A DNA stretch of 64,000 nucleotides from Ignisphaera sp. (GTDB taxonomy: Archaea; Thermoproteota; Thermoprotei_A; Sulfolobales; Ignisphaeraceae), in contig JAWBDT010000001.1 of the NCBI GenBank assembly GCA_038821645.1, forward strand, positions 32,001-96,000. The letters run 5' to 3'. Positions 9,989 through 19,770 of this stretch are shown here, one piece after another; positions within the stretch are counted from its first letter, which is position 1; each line of letters begins with the position of its first letter. The notes beneath the pieces are model-generated. The model did no database searches and had not been told where the DNA came from. It saw only the letters and a list, made by a program, of their open reading frames with translations. The translations under genes were made by a program, and so were the position numbers.

Positions 9989-10942
9989 ATGGATCTAGAT
10001 AAGGCTTCAGAAATAGCTAATGAGATAATAAAGTCTATATCTAGAGTAGTTGTGGGTAAAACAGTTCTATTGAAACATATACTATCAACACTTATTGCTG
10101 GTGGTCATGTGCTTATAGAGGGTCCACCTGGAACAGCAAAAACTTTGATAGCAAAGTGTATTGCTAAAGCTATTGGGGGTGTATTTACTCGTGTTCAAGG
10201 TAATCCAGATATATTGCCCACGGATCTAACTGGTTATTATATCTATGCTCTTGATGGAACTAGAAGATTTGTGAAAGGTCCTGTATTCACTAATATACTA
10301 ATGTTCGATGAACTTAATAGAACGCCTACACGTGTACAATCAGCTCTTCTTCAAGCTATGGCTGAATTCCAGGTTACTGTAGATGGTGTTGTACATGATC
10401 TTATGAAACCGTTTCACGTTATAGCTACCGAGATTCCGATAGTGGAAGAGGTAGGGGTATATCCTCTAGCTCTCACTCTTCGAGATAGATTTTGGATTAG
10501 ATGTGTATCGCCATACAATCCTGTAGAAGAAGAGATTGAAATGGTTAAAAAAGCTGATCAGCTGTATACTGTAGATGTTTCTGGTGTGGATAAAGTTGTT
10601 GGTATAGAAGAATATGTAGAGCTACAAACCTTTGTTTCTAGAGGTATATACGTAGATGAGAGAATAATCAGATACATAGCCGAGATAGCTAACTATATCA
10701 GAAACCACAAGTACAACAAACTTGGGTTAAGCCATAGAGGATCTATATACCTCTATAGAGTAGCAAAAGCTTTAGCACTTATGGATAAAAGAGACTATGT
10801 TATTCCAGACGACATAAAGGAGGTGGCTGTAGAAGTTCTTTCACATAGAATTATTTTATCTGAGGAAGCTGTAGCAGAAGGTGTGAAACCTGAAGACATA
10901 GTTAAAGAAGCTCTACAGAAAGTTGAGGTTCCTAAAGAATGA
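9989..10942 (+). CDS. moxR: MoxR-family AAA+ ATPase
   Basis: GHVLIEGPPGTAKT, PDILPTDLTG, FVKGPVFTN, DELNR, QSALLQAM, RDYVIPDD, VLSHRI. Confidence 0.95.
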   Translation: MDLDKASEIANEIIKSISRVVVGKTVLLKHILSTLIAGGHVLIEGPPGTAKTLIAKCIAKAIGGVFTRVQGNPDILPTDLTGYYIYALDGTRRFVKGPVFTNILMFDELNRTPTRVQSALLQAMAEFQVTVDGVVHDLMKPFHVIATEIPIVEEVGVYPLALTLRDRFWIRCVSPYNPVEEEIEMVKKADQLYTVDVSGVDKVVGIEEYVELQTFVSRGIYVDERIIRYIAEIANYIRNHKYNKLGLSHRGSIYLYRVAKALALMDKRDYVIPDDIKEVAVEVLSHRIILSEEAVAEGVKPEDIVKEALQKVEVPKE

Positions 10943-10977
10943 AGTTATAGTTCTCTATATAGGTATGAGGCATAGAG

Positions 10978-11670
10978 ATGTTCACTATGGAGAACAGATA
11001 TATTATTGTAGGCCTAGCTATTATCTCTGTATCCTCTCTATTCATTATCTATGGGGTATTGACCAACAACGACAGAGTTATGGGAGTATCGCTTTCCATA
11101 CTAGTCGTAGGTGTTGTGTCAACAGCAGTTGGTATAACGTACAGAGAGCCATTAGGAGAAATGTTGGAGCACTATATCCATGATCTAGATCTATTCTATT
11201 CATCAATTCTAGAGGATGTAGGTATTGTGGGTAGTCACAAGATTAAGTTATGTCTAGAGGATAGGGTTATAGTATTTTCAGAAAGGATAATACCGTGTAG
11301 AAACATATCAGTAGGTGTAAATATGATTAATAGAGTTCCCTATATAGCTCTACCGATTACAAACATACTTGATTACATATCGAAAGTTGTTGGTGAATCT
11401 AGTGATGTAGTTGATGGATTTAGAAAGTTATTCGTAGATACATCGTACTTGTGTAGAGAAATATCTGTAACTAAGGAAAACAATATTATATCTATAGAGT
11501 TAAGTAAATTATCAGAAAAAGCTCTAGAGATGATGAAGACACCAGTAAACGTTATCAGAGTATATGTACTCACATTATTGGTACACCATTTTAGGAACGA
11601 TGTAGAGATAGTTGATGAAATTGTTACAGCTGAGAGCTATAAAATTATTGCAAAGATTTTAGGTGAATGA
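10978..11670 (+). CDS. Membrane protein with 2 N-terminal TMs, hypothetical
   Basis: 230 aa; in operon with moxR. Confidence 0.7.
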   Translation: MFTMENRYIIVGLAIISVSSLFIIYGVLTNNDRVMGVSLSILVVGVVSTAVGITYREPLGEMLEHYIHDLDLFYSSILEDVGIVGSHKIKLCLEDRVIVFSERIIPCRNISVGVNMINRVPYIALPITNILDYISKVVGESSDVVDGFRKLFVDTSYLCREISVTKENNIISIELSKLSEKALEMMKTPVNVIRVYVLTLLVHHFRNDVEIVDEIVTAESYKIIAKILGE

Positions 11671-11923
11671 TGTGAATAGAGTTATAGTAAGTCTAATTGT
11701 TTATGTTCTCCTTACATCAATACTAACGATATTTCTTGTACTTGTCGGAGAATCTAGACCAGATGCCTATCTATCTGTTGCTATACTGATTTACTTCATA
11801 TTCACAGCTATAGATAATTCGATAAGGAGTAGAGCAAAAACGTTAGCTGTAGATATAGCGTTATTAATGGTGTTCACAGCTATAGTACTCTTTAGGATAC
11901 TAATGGTTTTAGAGATTATATAG
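11663..11923 (+). CDS. Small 3-TM membrane protein
   Basis: 86 aa with ESRPDAYLS loop; overlaps upstream stop. Confidence 0.7.
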   Translation: MNDVNRVIVSLIVYVLLTSILTIFLVLVGESRPDAYLSVAILIYFIFTAIDNSIRSRAKTLAVDIALLMVFTAIVLFRILMVLEII

Positions 11924-11984
11924 TGATCCACATAGATCTCCGTATATACTTAAATAATTTATTAATGAGCTTAAGCATAGAGGG

Positions 11985-13877
11985 TTGATTAAAATACAGA
12001 TGAGATCTAGAAAAAGAACAGCTAGGTATATCGCAATAATTTATACAGTTCTTCAGGTAGCTCTACTTCTAACACACATTAGCTATATTTATACACAATC
12101 TATAGAGTCTTTAAGTATAGATCCTGCTCCACTCTTTAAATTACTTCAAGATACTCTGTACAGTATATTGAGTAGCGAATACGGAAGAGCTGAAGCTTTA
12201 TGTAGAGAAGCATTAGCATTATCTTTACCAATAGATATATATAGCATGCATAGAAAGACATATACCACATTAATGAACATTATAGATATTCTTACCGATA
12301 TAGAGACAATGAAGTCAAAAGAATCAATAAATCAAACAAAACTATTAGACACTATATATAGACTCGAGATGATCAGATCAGATCTAGAAACCACTATAAC
12401 AAACTATATCAATAAGCTTTCGAATATGTTCATAGATCAGGCACTTAGATACATAATGACCAGAAACACCATGGATATTATAGCTAATCTGGATACTAGA
12501 TTGAGAGCAACCATAATGGATATTACTCAACTTTATCTACGTAGTGAATATGGTGAAGAGCTGTATATACATATAAATCACCCAGATATTGTTGAAGGTG
12601 GTAGTAGGTATACTGTGAACATATCTATAGTTACTAGAGCTCTTGTAGAGAATATAAACTTGACATTGATATCAATATACGGAGGTATTGTAAGTAGAGA
12701 GATATCAGAGATAATACCGGTAAACAGATTGATAGCTATAGAAATAGTTGCACCATCAGCTGAAGAGCTTCTGGCTAGAGGTGTAAATCCTTTAACGATT
12801 AAAGATGCTATTTTAATGGTTATAGCTAGAGCATCAGTAAAGAATAAGACTATAGGTGGCTACAAATTAGCTAATCTTTCAATAGTATATCAACGCCCAA
12901 ACATACAGTTTATAGTACCAAACTATGTTTATCCAGATCAAGTGATAGATCTGCAAATAATATCTGGTGCCGATATTCCTTTAAACCTCTCGATATATCT
13001 CGATAGAATATCTAGTGACACATTCATTACAAATACAACTATAGATGTGGGGGAGAACAGGCTTTCTATAAAGATTCAGAATCTCTCTATAGGATACCAT
13101 AGATTTATATTCGTAACAGAAGCTAGAGGAAAATACATACCTCTAGTACATAGTTCAATTTTCGCTGTTGTTAAGCATAGGGTATCGATTATTGCAGACA
13201 TCAGCGAATTCAGCATAATACCTTTGACAAAACCCTTAATTAATCTGTACGTAGATTCACCAACTCTCTATAGTGTTAATATATATTTAGATGGTAAACT
13301 TATGGCAAGCTACAGACATATAGATAAACCTAGATTCTCTATCTCTATAGATATACCTCCAACAATTCTTTTCTGGAGATACAGCATATATATTGAGGTT
13401 AAACCTGAGGATCTTAACTACATACCCACAAGTGTTGAAGGATACATATACATAGTTAATTTACCAGTAACTGCTCTAACAGTACTTGTACTAGGGATAG
13501 CCTTGACATCGCCTTCGAGCTCGAGATATATCGCTATATCGCTGAGAACTCTTGGTTCAAGTGTAATAAAGGCTATCTCTAGATATGGTGAAGAGACAAT
13601 AGTAATCGATATAGTTAGACCTAGATTCAGAAGAACTAAGTTAGGTAATCTCTATAGAGTATTCATAACATTGATATCTAGATATATAGAACCTCCAAAA
13701 AGTTCAGAAACTCTTAGAGAGTTCTACACAAGATTTGATAAAACTGTTGTAAAACCTATAAAGAGTTTTGTTAAAAAGTTTCTAGATATCTATGAAGAGG
13801 ATCTATATTCAAACCACGATTTAGATGTATCTGAAGCTGAAAAAATTATCAAAAGGTTAAAAGATCTTGAAGATTGA
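11985..13877 (+). CDS. Large membrane-anchored protein with C-terminal DUF4129-like domain
   Basis: N-terminal TM, helical then beta-sandwich-like ectodomain, TM, C-terminal SETLREF...YEEDLYS motif. Confidence 0.75.
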   Translation: MIKIQMRSRKRTARYIAIIYTVLQVALLLTHISYIYTQSIESLSIDPAPLFKLLQDTLYSILSSEYGRAEALCREALALSLPIDIYSMHRKTYTTLMNIIDILTDIETMKSKESINQTKLLDTIYRLEMIRSDLETTITNYINKLSNMFIDQALRYIMTRNTMDIIANLDTRLRATIMDITQLYLRSEYGEELYIHINHPDIVEGGSRYTVNISIVTRALVENINLTLISIYGGIVSREISEIIPVNRLIAIEIVAPSAEELLARGVNPLTIKDAILMVIARASVKNKTIGGYKLANLSIVYQRPNIQFIVPNYVYPDQVIDLQIISGADIPLNLSIYLDRISSDTFITNTTIDVGENRLSIKIQNLSIGYHRFIFVTEARGKYIPLVHSSIFAVVKHRVSIIADISEFSIIPLTKPLINLYVDSPTLYSVNIYLDGKLMASYRHIDKPRFSISIDIPPTILFWRYSIYIEVKPEDLNYIPTSVEGYIYIVNLPVTALTVLVLGIALTSPSSSRYIAISLRTLGSSVIKAISRYGEETIVIDIVRPRFRRTKLGNLYRVFITLISRYIEPPKSSETLREFYTRFDKTVVKPIKSFVKKFLDIYEEDLYSNHDLDVSEAEKIIKRLKDLED

Positions 13878-14763
13878 TAGAGAAGCTCTACTGATCATAG
13901 TTCTATCAATTCTAGTGACATCAATATCTATAATCATGAACATGCCTTCCACAACTCCATACAGTCCATATAACACGTATGGTGATGGATATTCAGAACT
14001 TCTATCTATTGCAGATAGAGCTATCGTAGTTAAGGGCATCAAAAATATTGAAAATAATTCTGTAGTGGTTCTACCTATAGCTAGAGGTATGGATAGAGCT
14101 AGATATGAATGGATTAAAGATGTATTGAATAGAGGTAACATTGTGGTTATCCTTGATGAGGTTGGCTACGTTAATGAGTTTATGGATTTTATAGGTATAA
14201 GAGCTAGAATTGAGAATACAAAAATACTTGATGAGGTAAATAAACTAAACTCAAGAGTATATCCATTAATAGCTCTAGAAATCAAAATCAATGATAGTGT
14301 GTATAGATACAAGGTAGCTATGTACAGACCATCACATATAGTTATAGATAATTCAACTAGTATATTTTCTAAAGGTACAACATCAGCATACGCTTATGCT
14401 GACATAGATAGTAATAACTATTATTCTCTAGGCGAAGAAATGGGTGTATATGTAACAATATGTTCTTTTAAAGTAGGTAAAGGAGAACTATGGCTTATAT
14501 CTGATCTAGATTTATTTAGTAACAAAATGATCGATATAGAGAATGTAGATAACAGAAAGTTTCTAGAGACATTGGTAAAGTTCAAGATGATGTATATAGT
14601 TATTGATTACCTGGAGTTGAACTCTATAGACATTATCAAGTATGGTTATAACGCTATAATTCCTCTAAATTTACCTAAAAAACATATCTCTATAGGGTTG
14701 TCTATATACGTACTTCTTTTATCTATATTGGTAGTGATGCGTTATGCAGAAAGAAGAGGCTAA
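13867..14763 (+). CDS. DUF4350-domain protein
   Basis: YSPYNTYGDGYSEL, GKGELWLISDLDLFSNKMI...DNRKFL; N- and C-terminal TMs. Confidence 0.8.
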   Translation: MKIDREALLIIVLSILVTSISIIMNMPSTTPYSPYNTYGDGYSELLSIADRAIVVKGIKNIENNSVVVLPIARGMDRARYEWIKDVLNRGNIVVILDEVGYVNEFMDFIGIRARIENTKILDEVNKLNSRVYPLIALEIKINDSVYRYKVAMYRPSHIVIDNSTSIFSKGTTSAYAYADIDSNNYYSLGEEMGVYVTICSFKVGKGELWLISDLDLFSNKMIDIENVDNRKFLETLVKFKMMYIVIDYLELNSIDIIKYGYNAIIPLNLPKKHISIGLSIYVLLLSILVVMRYAERRG

Positions 14764-16414
14764 GCTTTATCAAGTTATAGACAGCTTTATTGTGCTCTAT
14801 ACTGTAGTATCTATACTTTATCTCACACTCGATTTAGGCACATACTTCATATCTATACCTTTGGTACCTATAGCTATATTTTTGGCTTATAGAAGGTTCA
14901 GATATCTCTTACCTATCTCTATATATGTAGCATTAATCTTTATGTCTATAGTAGATCATCAAGGAATATACTTATCGCTACCTCTAGCTATAGCTACACC
15001 CTTCTTGATGAGGACACCTGGTGCTGGAAAAAGAGGTTTACTAGGTCCTTCATCTGTTACTGTAGCTAGATATTCTCTTGTATCGCTATTTGCGGTCTTT
15101 ATATACCCTCAAGTATCTATACCTATAGTTGTTGTTATATTGTCTACCTTTGGCTATATGTTCTATGGCTATGTAATTCTTTCAAAAGCTTACGTCAAAA
15201 TTTTAACGTTGTCAGACACTGTTCCTATGGATAGAAAAGCTTCTATATCTATAGAAGTCTATACACCTATCAAATCATACATGATTATCGATCATAGCTT
15301 TGGCAGCAATGCATATGTTGTTAAAGGTAGATCGATAATATATCTCGAGTTTCCAGCTAAACATATTGGTAAAAATGTTGTAGATATATCTGTTTATTTT
15401 TTTGATGAGCTTGGGTTTGCAGGTAGGCACATAGCTAAATACAGTATAGAATATAAAGTCATTCCCATGGTTCAATACATTGTTGAAGCTGTAGAAAAAA
15501 CATTTCTAAGGGTTCAAGATCTAGAGAGACTCTTATCTGATGTAGAGATATCTGTATACAGTTTAGATCTAGGAGCTATAGCAGTATCTATGAGTAGTAG
15601 AAAAGCTATGGATATTATTCGTGAGTACATACATAGAGTTAGACTATATCCCTATGCTCTAAAGATCGTTGAAAGATTTGCATCAGTTCTAGAAGAGTTA
15701 TCACGTATGGTTGTTAGAGGTGATGATATTTTTAGAAGAAGTAGATGGGGCGAGTATATAGGTATTAGATACTATACAGCAGGAGATTCAATTAAACATA
15801 TACACTGGAAGAAATCAATAAGCATAGGCATCATGATTGTTAAAGAATTTGGATCATCAGCTTATGAGAGGATATACAATGTTGCTGAAGAAGGACTTGA
15901 ACCTATTATTATAACAGATCTATATGCTTCTAATGTTCTTGAACTCGACAGAATAGCGTTTAATTTAATTAAACTTTGTCTAGATATATTCAAGAGATCT
16001 CCTACAAGTAAGTGTACAGTTATTCTCGTAGTAGGAGATATTGTGATAAGTTTGAGGGGAAGAGTAGTAGATATTCTGTATAGACTGTATCGTACATTCA
16101 AGGGACTATCTATACAAACTCTATTCAATTACACCTCGATACGTAAAGTAGATGAAAAGTATGTTGAAGAGATTCTCGAGCTAGATAAAAAACCTAGGAT
16201 ATTCTCTATATACGTTTTAAGCAATACTATGTATGCTGATAAACTTGCAGAAGTTATACTTAGAGAAGGATGTATACCACCAAAACCCTTTACAGCTATA
16301 TACAGTAGATCACTAGAGCTTAGATACGCTATAGCTAAATATATTCTCAGTAGATATGGATACATATATACACCTTTAGAGTTAGTACCAGAAGTAGTTA
16401 TGCGGAAGAGATAA
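14744..16414 (+). CDS. DUF58-domain protein
   Basis: EYIGIRYYTAGDSIKHIHWKKS...IVKEF motif; N-terminal TMs; MoxR context. Confidence 0.85.
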   Translation: MQKEEAKLYQVIDSFIVLYTVVSILYLTLDLGTYFISIPLVPIAIFLAYRRFRYLLPISIYVALIFMSIVDHQGIYLSLPLAIATPFLMRTPGAGKRGLLGPSSVTVARYSLVSLFAVFIYPQVSIPIVVVILSTFGYMFYGYVILSKAYVKILTLSDTVPMDRKASISIEVYTPIKSYMIIDHSFGSNAYVVKGRSIIYLEFPAKHIGKNVVDISVYFFDELGFAGRHIAKYSIEYKVIPMVQYIVEAVEKTFLRVQDLERLLSDVEISVYSLDLGAIAVSMSSRKAMDIIREYIHRVRLYPYALKIVERFASVLEELSRMVVRGDDIFRRSRWGEYIGIRYYTAGDSIKHIHWKKSISIGIMIVKEFGSSAYERIYNVAEEGLEPIIITDLYASNVLELDRIAFNLIKLCLDIFKRSPTSKCTVILVVGDIVISLRGRVVDILYRLYRTFKGLSIQTLFNYTSIRKVDEKYVEEILELDKKPRIFSIYVLSNTMYADKLAEVILREGCIPPKPFTAIYSRSLELRYAIAKYILSRYGYIYTPLELVPEVVMRKR

Positions 16415-16426
16415 GGATAGAGACCT

Positions 16427-18073
16427 ATGGATAGCGATAGACTCTACAAAATTGTTGTACTTATTCTTGTAGCTATAGCTCTAGCAACAACACTCTATAT
16501 GGCTTACAGAGACTACCTATATGCATACATAAGATTGATGTTTACAGAAGACTATAGCTATCTAGTTGTTGCACTACCTATAGCCATAGGCGTTTTTCTG
16601 AAGTTGGTGTTAGATAGATTCAGTATTGAAGGTATAAACGTGTTTAGAGCTGTATCATCAATTATGTTTCTATCAACAGCTATAACATTCTACGTAATTG
16701 GGGAAGCAGTAACGGAAGTGCATATTGAGCTAAAGACGCTCTCTATAGTGTTTCTCTTATGGTCTTTTCTAGCTCTTTTTCTAAGATCTAGAAAATTGGT
16801 GATGGGAATTCTATCAATGATGTTGCTACTAGTACTTGTACCAATACCTAGACCTATTATGGATGGTTTATCATCTTTTTTCACAGATATTGTAGCAAGA
16901 ACTGTGGCCCATATCACTTCTGCAAAACTTATAGAATCTAATGGAATGATAGTGCTTATCACAAAAGATCCAACTGGAATAGAAAGATCATTTGAGATAG
17001 CTCCAATATGTAGCGGTATAGTTTCGTTTCTATCATTACTCTCTATAGCGCCATTAGTCATATACCTATCCTCAACGTCTAGTGCATCTATTAGAAAGAG
17101 AGCTATGTATACTACTCTCTCTATTGTTTCTGCTATCCTCATAGTCTTTATAGGGAATATCTCTAGACTTGTCCTTATAATTGTAGTAACAAGGACTATA
17201 GGTTTTGAGAAAGCTCTAAAATTCTTCCATTACACACCATCTATTCTATATGTAGTTATAGCTACAGCTTTATCGCTATACATAATTTCGAAACTATCTA
17301 GACAGAAAGCTGTAGTGAAGCCGTACACAGTTAGCTATATAAAGCCGTCTATAGCTTTCTCAGGATCCATAGCCTTTCTTCTATTCATAGCCATAGTATT
17401 TAACGTACTAGCTCCAATGGCTTCAACAGTAACTTTAGCACAAACAACACCTTCTGTGATTAGTTTACCTAAACTTCTAGAAAACCCCACTACTATTGTA
17501 CTAAATTCCACAGATATATTTCTATTTAAAGATGTACCTGAACCCAGACTTGGAACAGTATTAGGTATACCGATAATAAGGAGTATAGCATTCATGTACA
17601 ACAACACGTTATTCTTAGGCTATATAGAGGTTGCTGATGTACCTACAAAATTCCATGGATGGTATGTATGTGTAACACTACAAGGATATAGAATTCATAG
17701 ATCTTGGACAGAACTAGGTAATATTACGATAAACCATATGCTGATATCCAAATCAGGCAATATGATGCTGCTTAGCTACACAATCTACAGGTATATTCTT
17801 CAGGAAGGAACTACATACATAAGGTTATCAATAATGACACCGGTATCTGACGACTATTCGGAACAAGTGCAGATGGCTAGAGATATTCTAGGTAATGTTA
17901 GATCTATTGAGATACCTAGATCGAGAACCACCTATGTACTAGATTTATCGATGACCATAACAAACATTAGTGTTGTCATAGGGTTCGCGCTTCTGATCTT
18001 ACACCATCTTGGTAAATATCTACAAAAGCTATATATTCGTAGACCTCGTGAGAAAGAAGGTTTGAATCTATAG
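16427..18073 (+). CDS. Exosortase/archaeosortase-family protein with C-terminal EpsI-like domain
   Basis: LLVPIP, FEIAPICSG (catalytic Cys), GNISR (Arg), FFHY (His); C-terminal FHGWYVCVTLQGY. Confidence 0.85.
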   Translation: MDSDRLYKIVVLILVAIALATTLYMAYRDYLYAYIRLMFTEDYSYLVVALPIAIGVFLKLVLDRFSIEGINVFRAVSSIMFLSTAITFYVIGEAVTEVHIELKTLSIVFLLWSFLALFLRSRKLVMGILSMMLLLVLVPIPRPIMDGLSSFFTDIVARTVAHITSAKLIESNGMIVLITKDPTGIERSFEIAPICSGIVSFLSLLSIAPLVIYLSSTSSASIRKRAMYTTLSIVSAILIVFIGNISRLVLIIVVTRTIGFEKALKFFHYTPSILYVVIATALSLYIISKLSRQKAVVKPYTVSYIKPSIAFSGSIAFLLFIAIVFNVLAPMASTVTLAQTTPSVISLPKLLENPTTIVLNSTDIFLFKDVPEPRLGTVLGIPIIRSIAFMYNNTLFLGYIEVADVPTKFHGWYVCVTLQGYRIHRSWTELGNITINHMLISKSGNMMLLSYTIYRYILQEGTTYIRLSIMTPVSDDYSEQVQMARDILGNVRSIEIPRSRTTYVLDLSMTITNISVVIGFALLILHHLGKYLQKLYIRRPREKEGLNL

Positions 18074-18103
18074 ATTCATTATATTGGTTTTGGTGAATGT
18101 ATA

Positions 18104-18562
18104 TTGTGTATAGATTCATCATTAATTAAGTCGAGAAGCATGGTTATGGCACTAATGGTATTAGTTCTTGCTATTTCTATCTCCGGTAGTTGTATCTCTA
18201 CATACTCGGATAGCGGTATATTTGAAGAATTCTTAAAGCTCTATATCGAGGTAGCTGATCTAGCTAGAAAAGGTATTGATGTTTCATATATAGTTTGTAA
18301 GCTTAAGGAGGTTCATGAAGCTATACAGAACAATAGAACAGAATATGCCAAGCTTTTGCTCTTAAACTTAAGTACAGAAGTTGAGTATCTTAGGGAAAGA
18401 GCACCTACTATCGTTATGTACAAGAATATTGCTAAAATGTCTATGGTTGTAGCTATAGCTTCTATACCCCTAATTCTCTATATAGTGTTTCCCAGATTGT
18501 ACATCTATGTATGGTTTAAAGCTAGAAGAAGATGGGTGGTTAAAACTGAATCTACTAGATGA
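18104..18562 (+). CDS. Exported helical protein with C-terminal TM anchor
   Basis: Signal-like N-terminus; C-terminal TM followed by WFKARRRW. Confidence 0.7.
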   Translation: MCIDSSLIKSRSMVMALMVLVLAISISGSCISTYSDSGIFEEFLKLYIEVADLARKGIDVSYIVCKLKEVHEAIQNNRTEYAKLLLLNLSTEVEYLRERAPTIVMYKNIAKMSMVVAIASIPLILYIVFPRLYIYVWFKARRRWVVKTESTR

Positions 18563-19052
18563 AGAAGTTTTAGCAGTTATTCTAGCTATAACTGTTGTGG
18601 GTTCAGCTATAGCTATAGCACAGGTATTGAGACCAGAGATAGTGGAACCGTTTCAAGCTCTTGGTATACTAAATGAGGAGATGAAGATAGGTGAGTATCC
18701 AACAAAAGTTTATCCAGGTCAGAATCTAGAGCTTTATGTATATGTATATAATCATAAAGCTTATCCAGCACTAGTGCAGGTAAGGTATAAGATAGGAAAT
18801 AGAGAAACATTACCAACAAATACTTCACCAAGTTCTCAACCTACGATAAAGGTATACGAATTTCTTGTTGATGTTAAAGAGAATGTGACTAAAAAGGTGG
18901 AGATACCGATAACTATTGATAGAAATACTGATGTAGATGAAATAGCGTTAATCTTTGAGCTATGGGTATATGATATAGATAGAAAGGAATGGGTGTACAC
19001 AGGTATTTGGAACCACCTATATGTAAGGATAGTTAAGGTGCAAATACCATGA
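18507..19052 (+). CDS. DUF1616-like protein (TM plus extracellular beta domain); start uncertain
   Basis: EPFQALGILN...GEYP...YVYNH...LIFELW...NHLYV pattern. Confidence 0.75.
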   Translation: MYGLKLEEDGWLKLNLLDEEVLAVILAITVVGSAIAIAQVLRPEIVEPFQALGILNEEMKIGEYPTKVYPGQNLELYVYVYNHKAYPALVQVRYKIGNRETLPTNTSPSSQPTIKVYEFLVDVKENVTKKVEIPITIDRNTDVDEIALIFELWVYDIDRKEWVYTGIWNHLYVRIVKVQIP

Positions 19053-19600
19053 AGAACAGGTCATCACAAAATAAGACGTTAGAAGAATATGTAGAAGAGC
19101 TATATGCTAAAACAAGAAGAGGGAGGTTCAACATTTTGAAGAACATCTATAACGATATAGCATCAGGCAAAATAGTTTTAATGGATCCAGCTCCCCCTAG
19201 AGATTTTGTAGAGTATTTATTAAGACCAGACTATGCGCTATGGTTATGGACAACAATAACATTAACAGCAGCTACAATAATAACAGTTGCGTTATCACCT
19301 ATTGCTTTATGGATAATATATCTGAGATATATCTTAGGATCTATATCTGTTCTCTTCTTACCTGGATACGTATTGATAGAGGCTCTGTATCCGAAAGAAC
19401 AAGATCTTTCTTCACTAGAGAGACTAGCATTATCTATAGGGTTATCATTAGCAGTAGTTCCATTAATAGGTCTTCTATTGAACTATACACCGTGGGGAAT
19501 AAGACTGGAATCGGTATTGATATCGTTAACAATATTCATAGCAATAATGGCTATAGTAGCTAGCTACAGAAAATATCAAATACTGAAGAAACGAGTTTGA
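19049..19600 (+). CDS. DUF1616-like membrane protein (TM portion)
   Basis: LFLPGYVLIEALYP...LERLALSIGLSLAVVPLIGLLLNYTPWGIRL. Confidence 0.85.
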   Translation: MKNRSSQNKTLEEYVEELYAKTRRGRFNILKNIYNDIASGKIVLMDPAPPRDFVEYLLRPDYALWLWTTITLTAATIITVALSPIALWIIYLRYILGSISVLFLPGYVLIEALYPKEQDLSSLERLALSIGLSLAVVPLIGLLLNYTPWGIRLESVLISLTIFIAIMAIVASYRKYQILKKRV

Positions 19601-19770
19601 GATAATATGTAATGATTTATTGTTTTATATTAATAAGTTTGTTGTAAAAGATGTAGATGTCTATATCGTATTCCATATATCTGTGTATGATGTAGGTAGG
19701 GTCAAAATATATGAAAGAATCTATTTAACATGATTTCTGGTTTTAAATGCTTAAAGATTTTATCTAAAGT

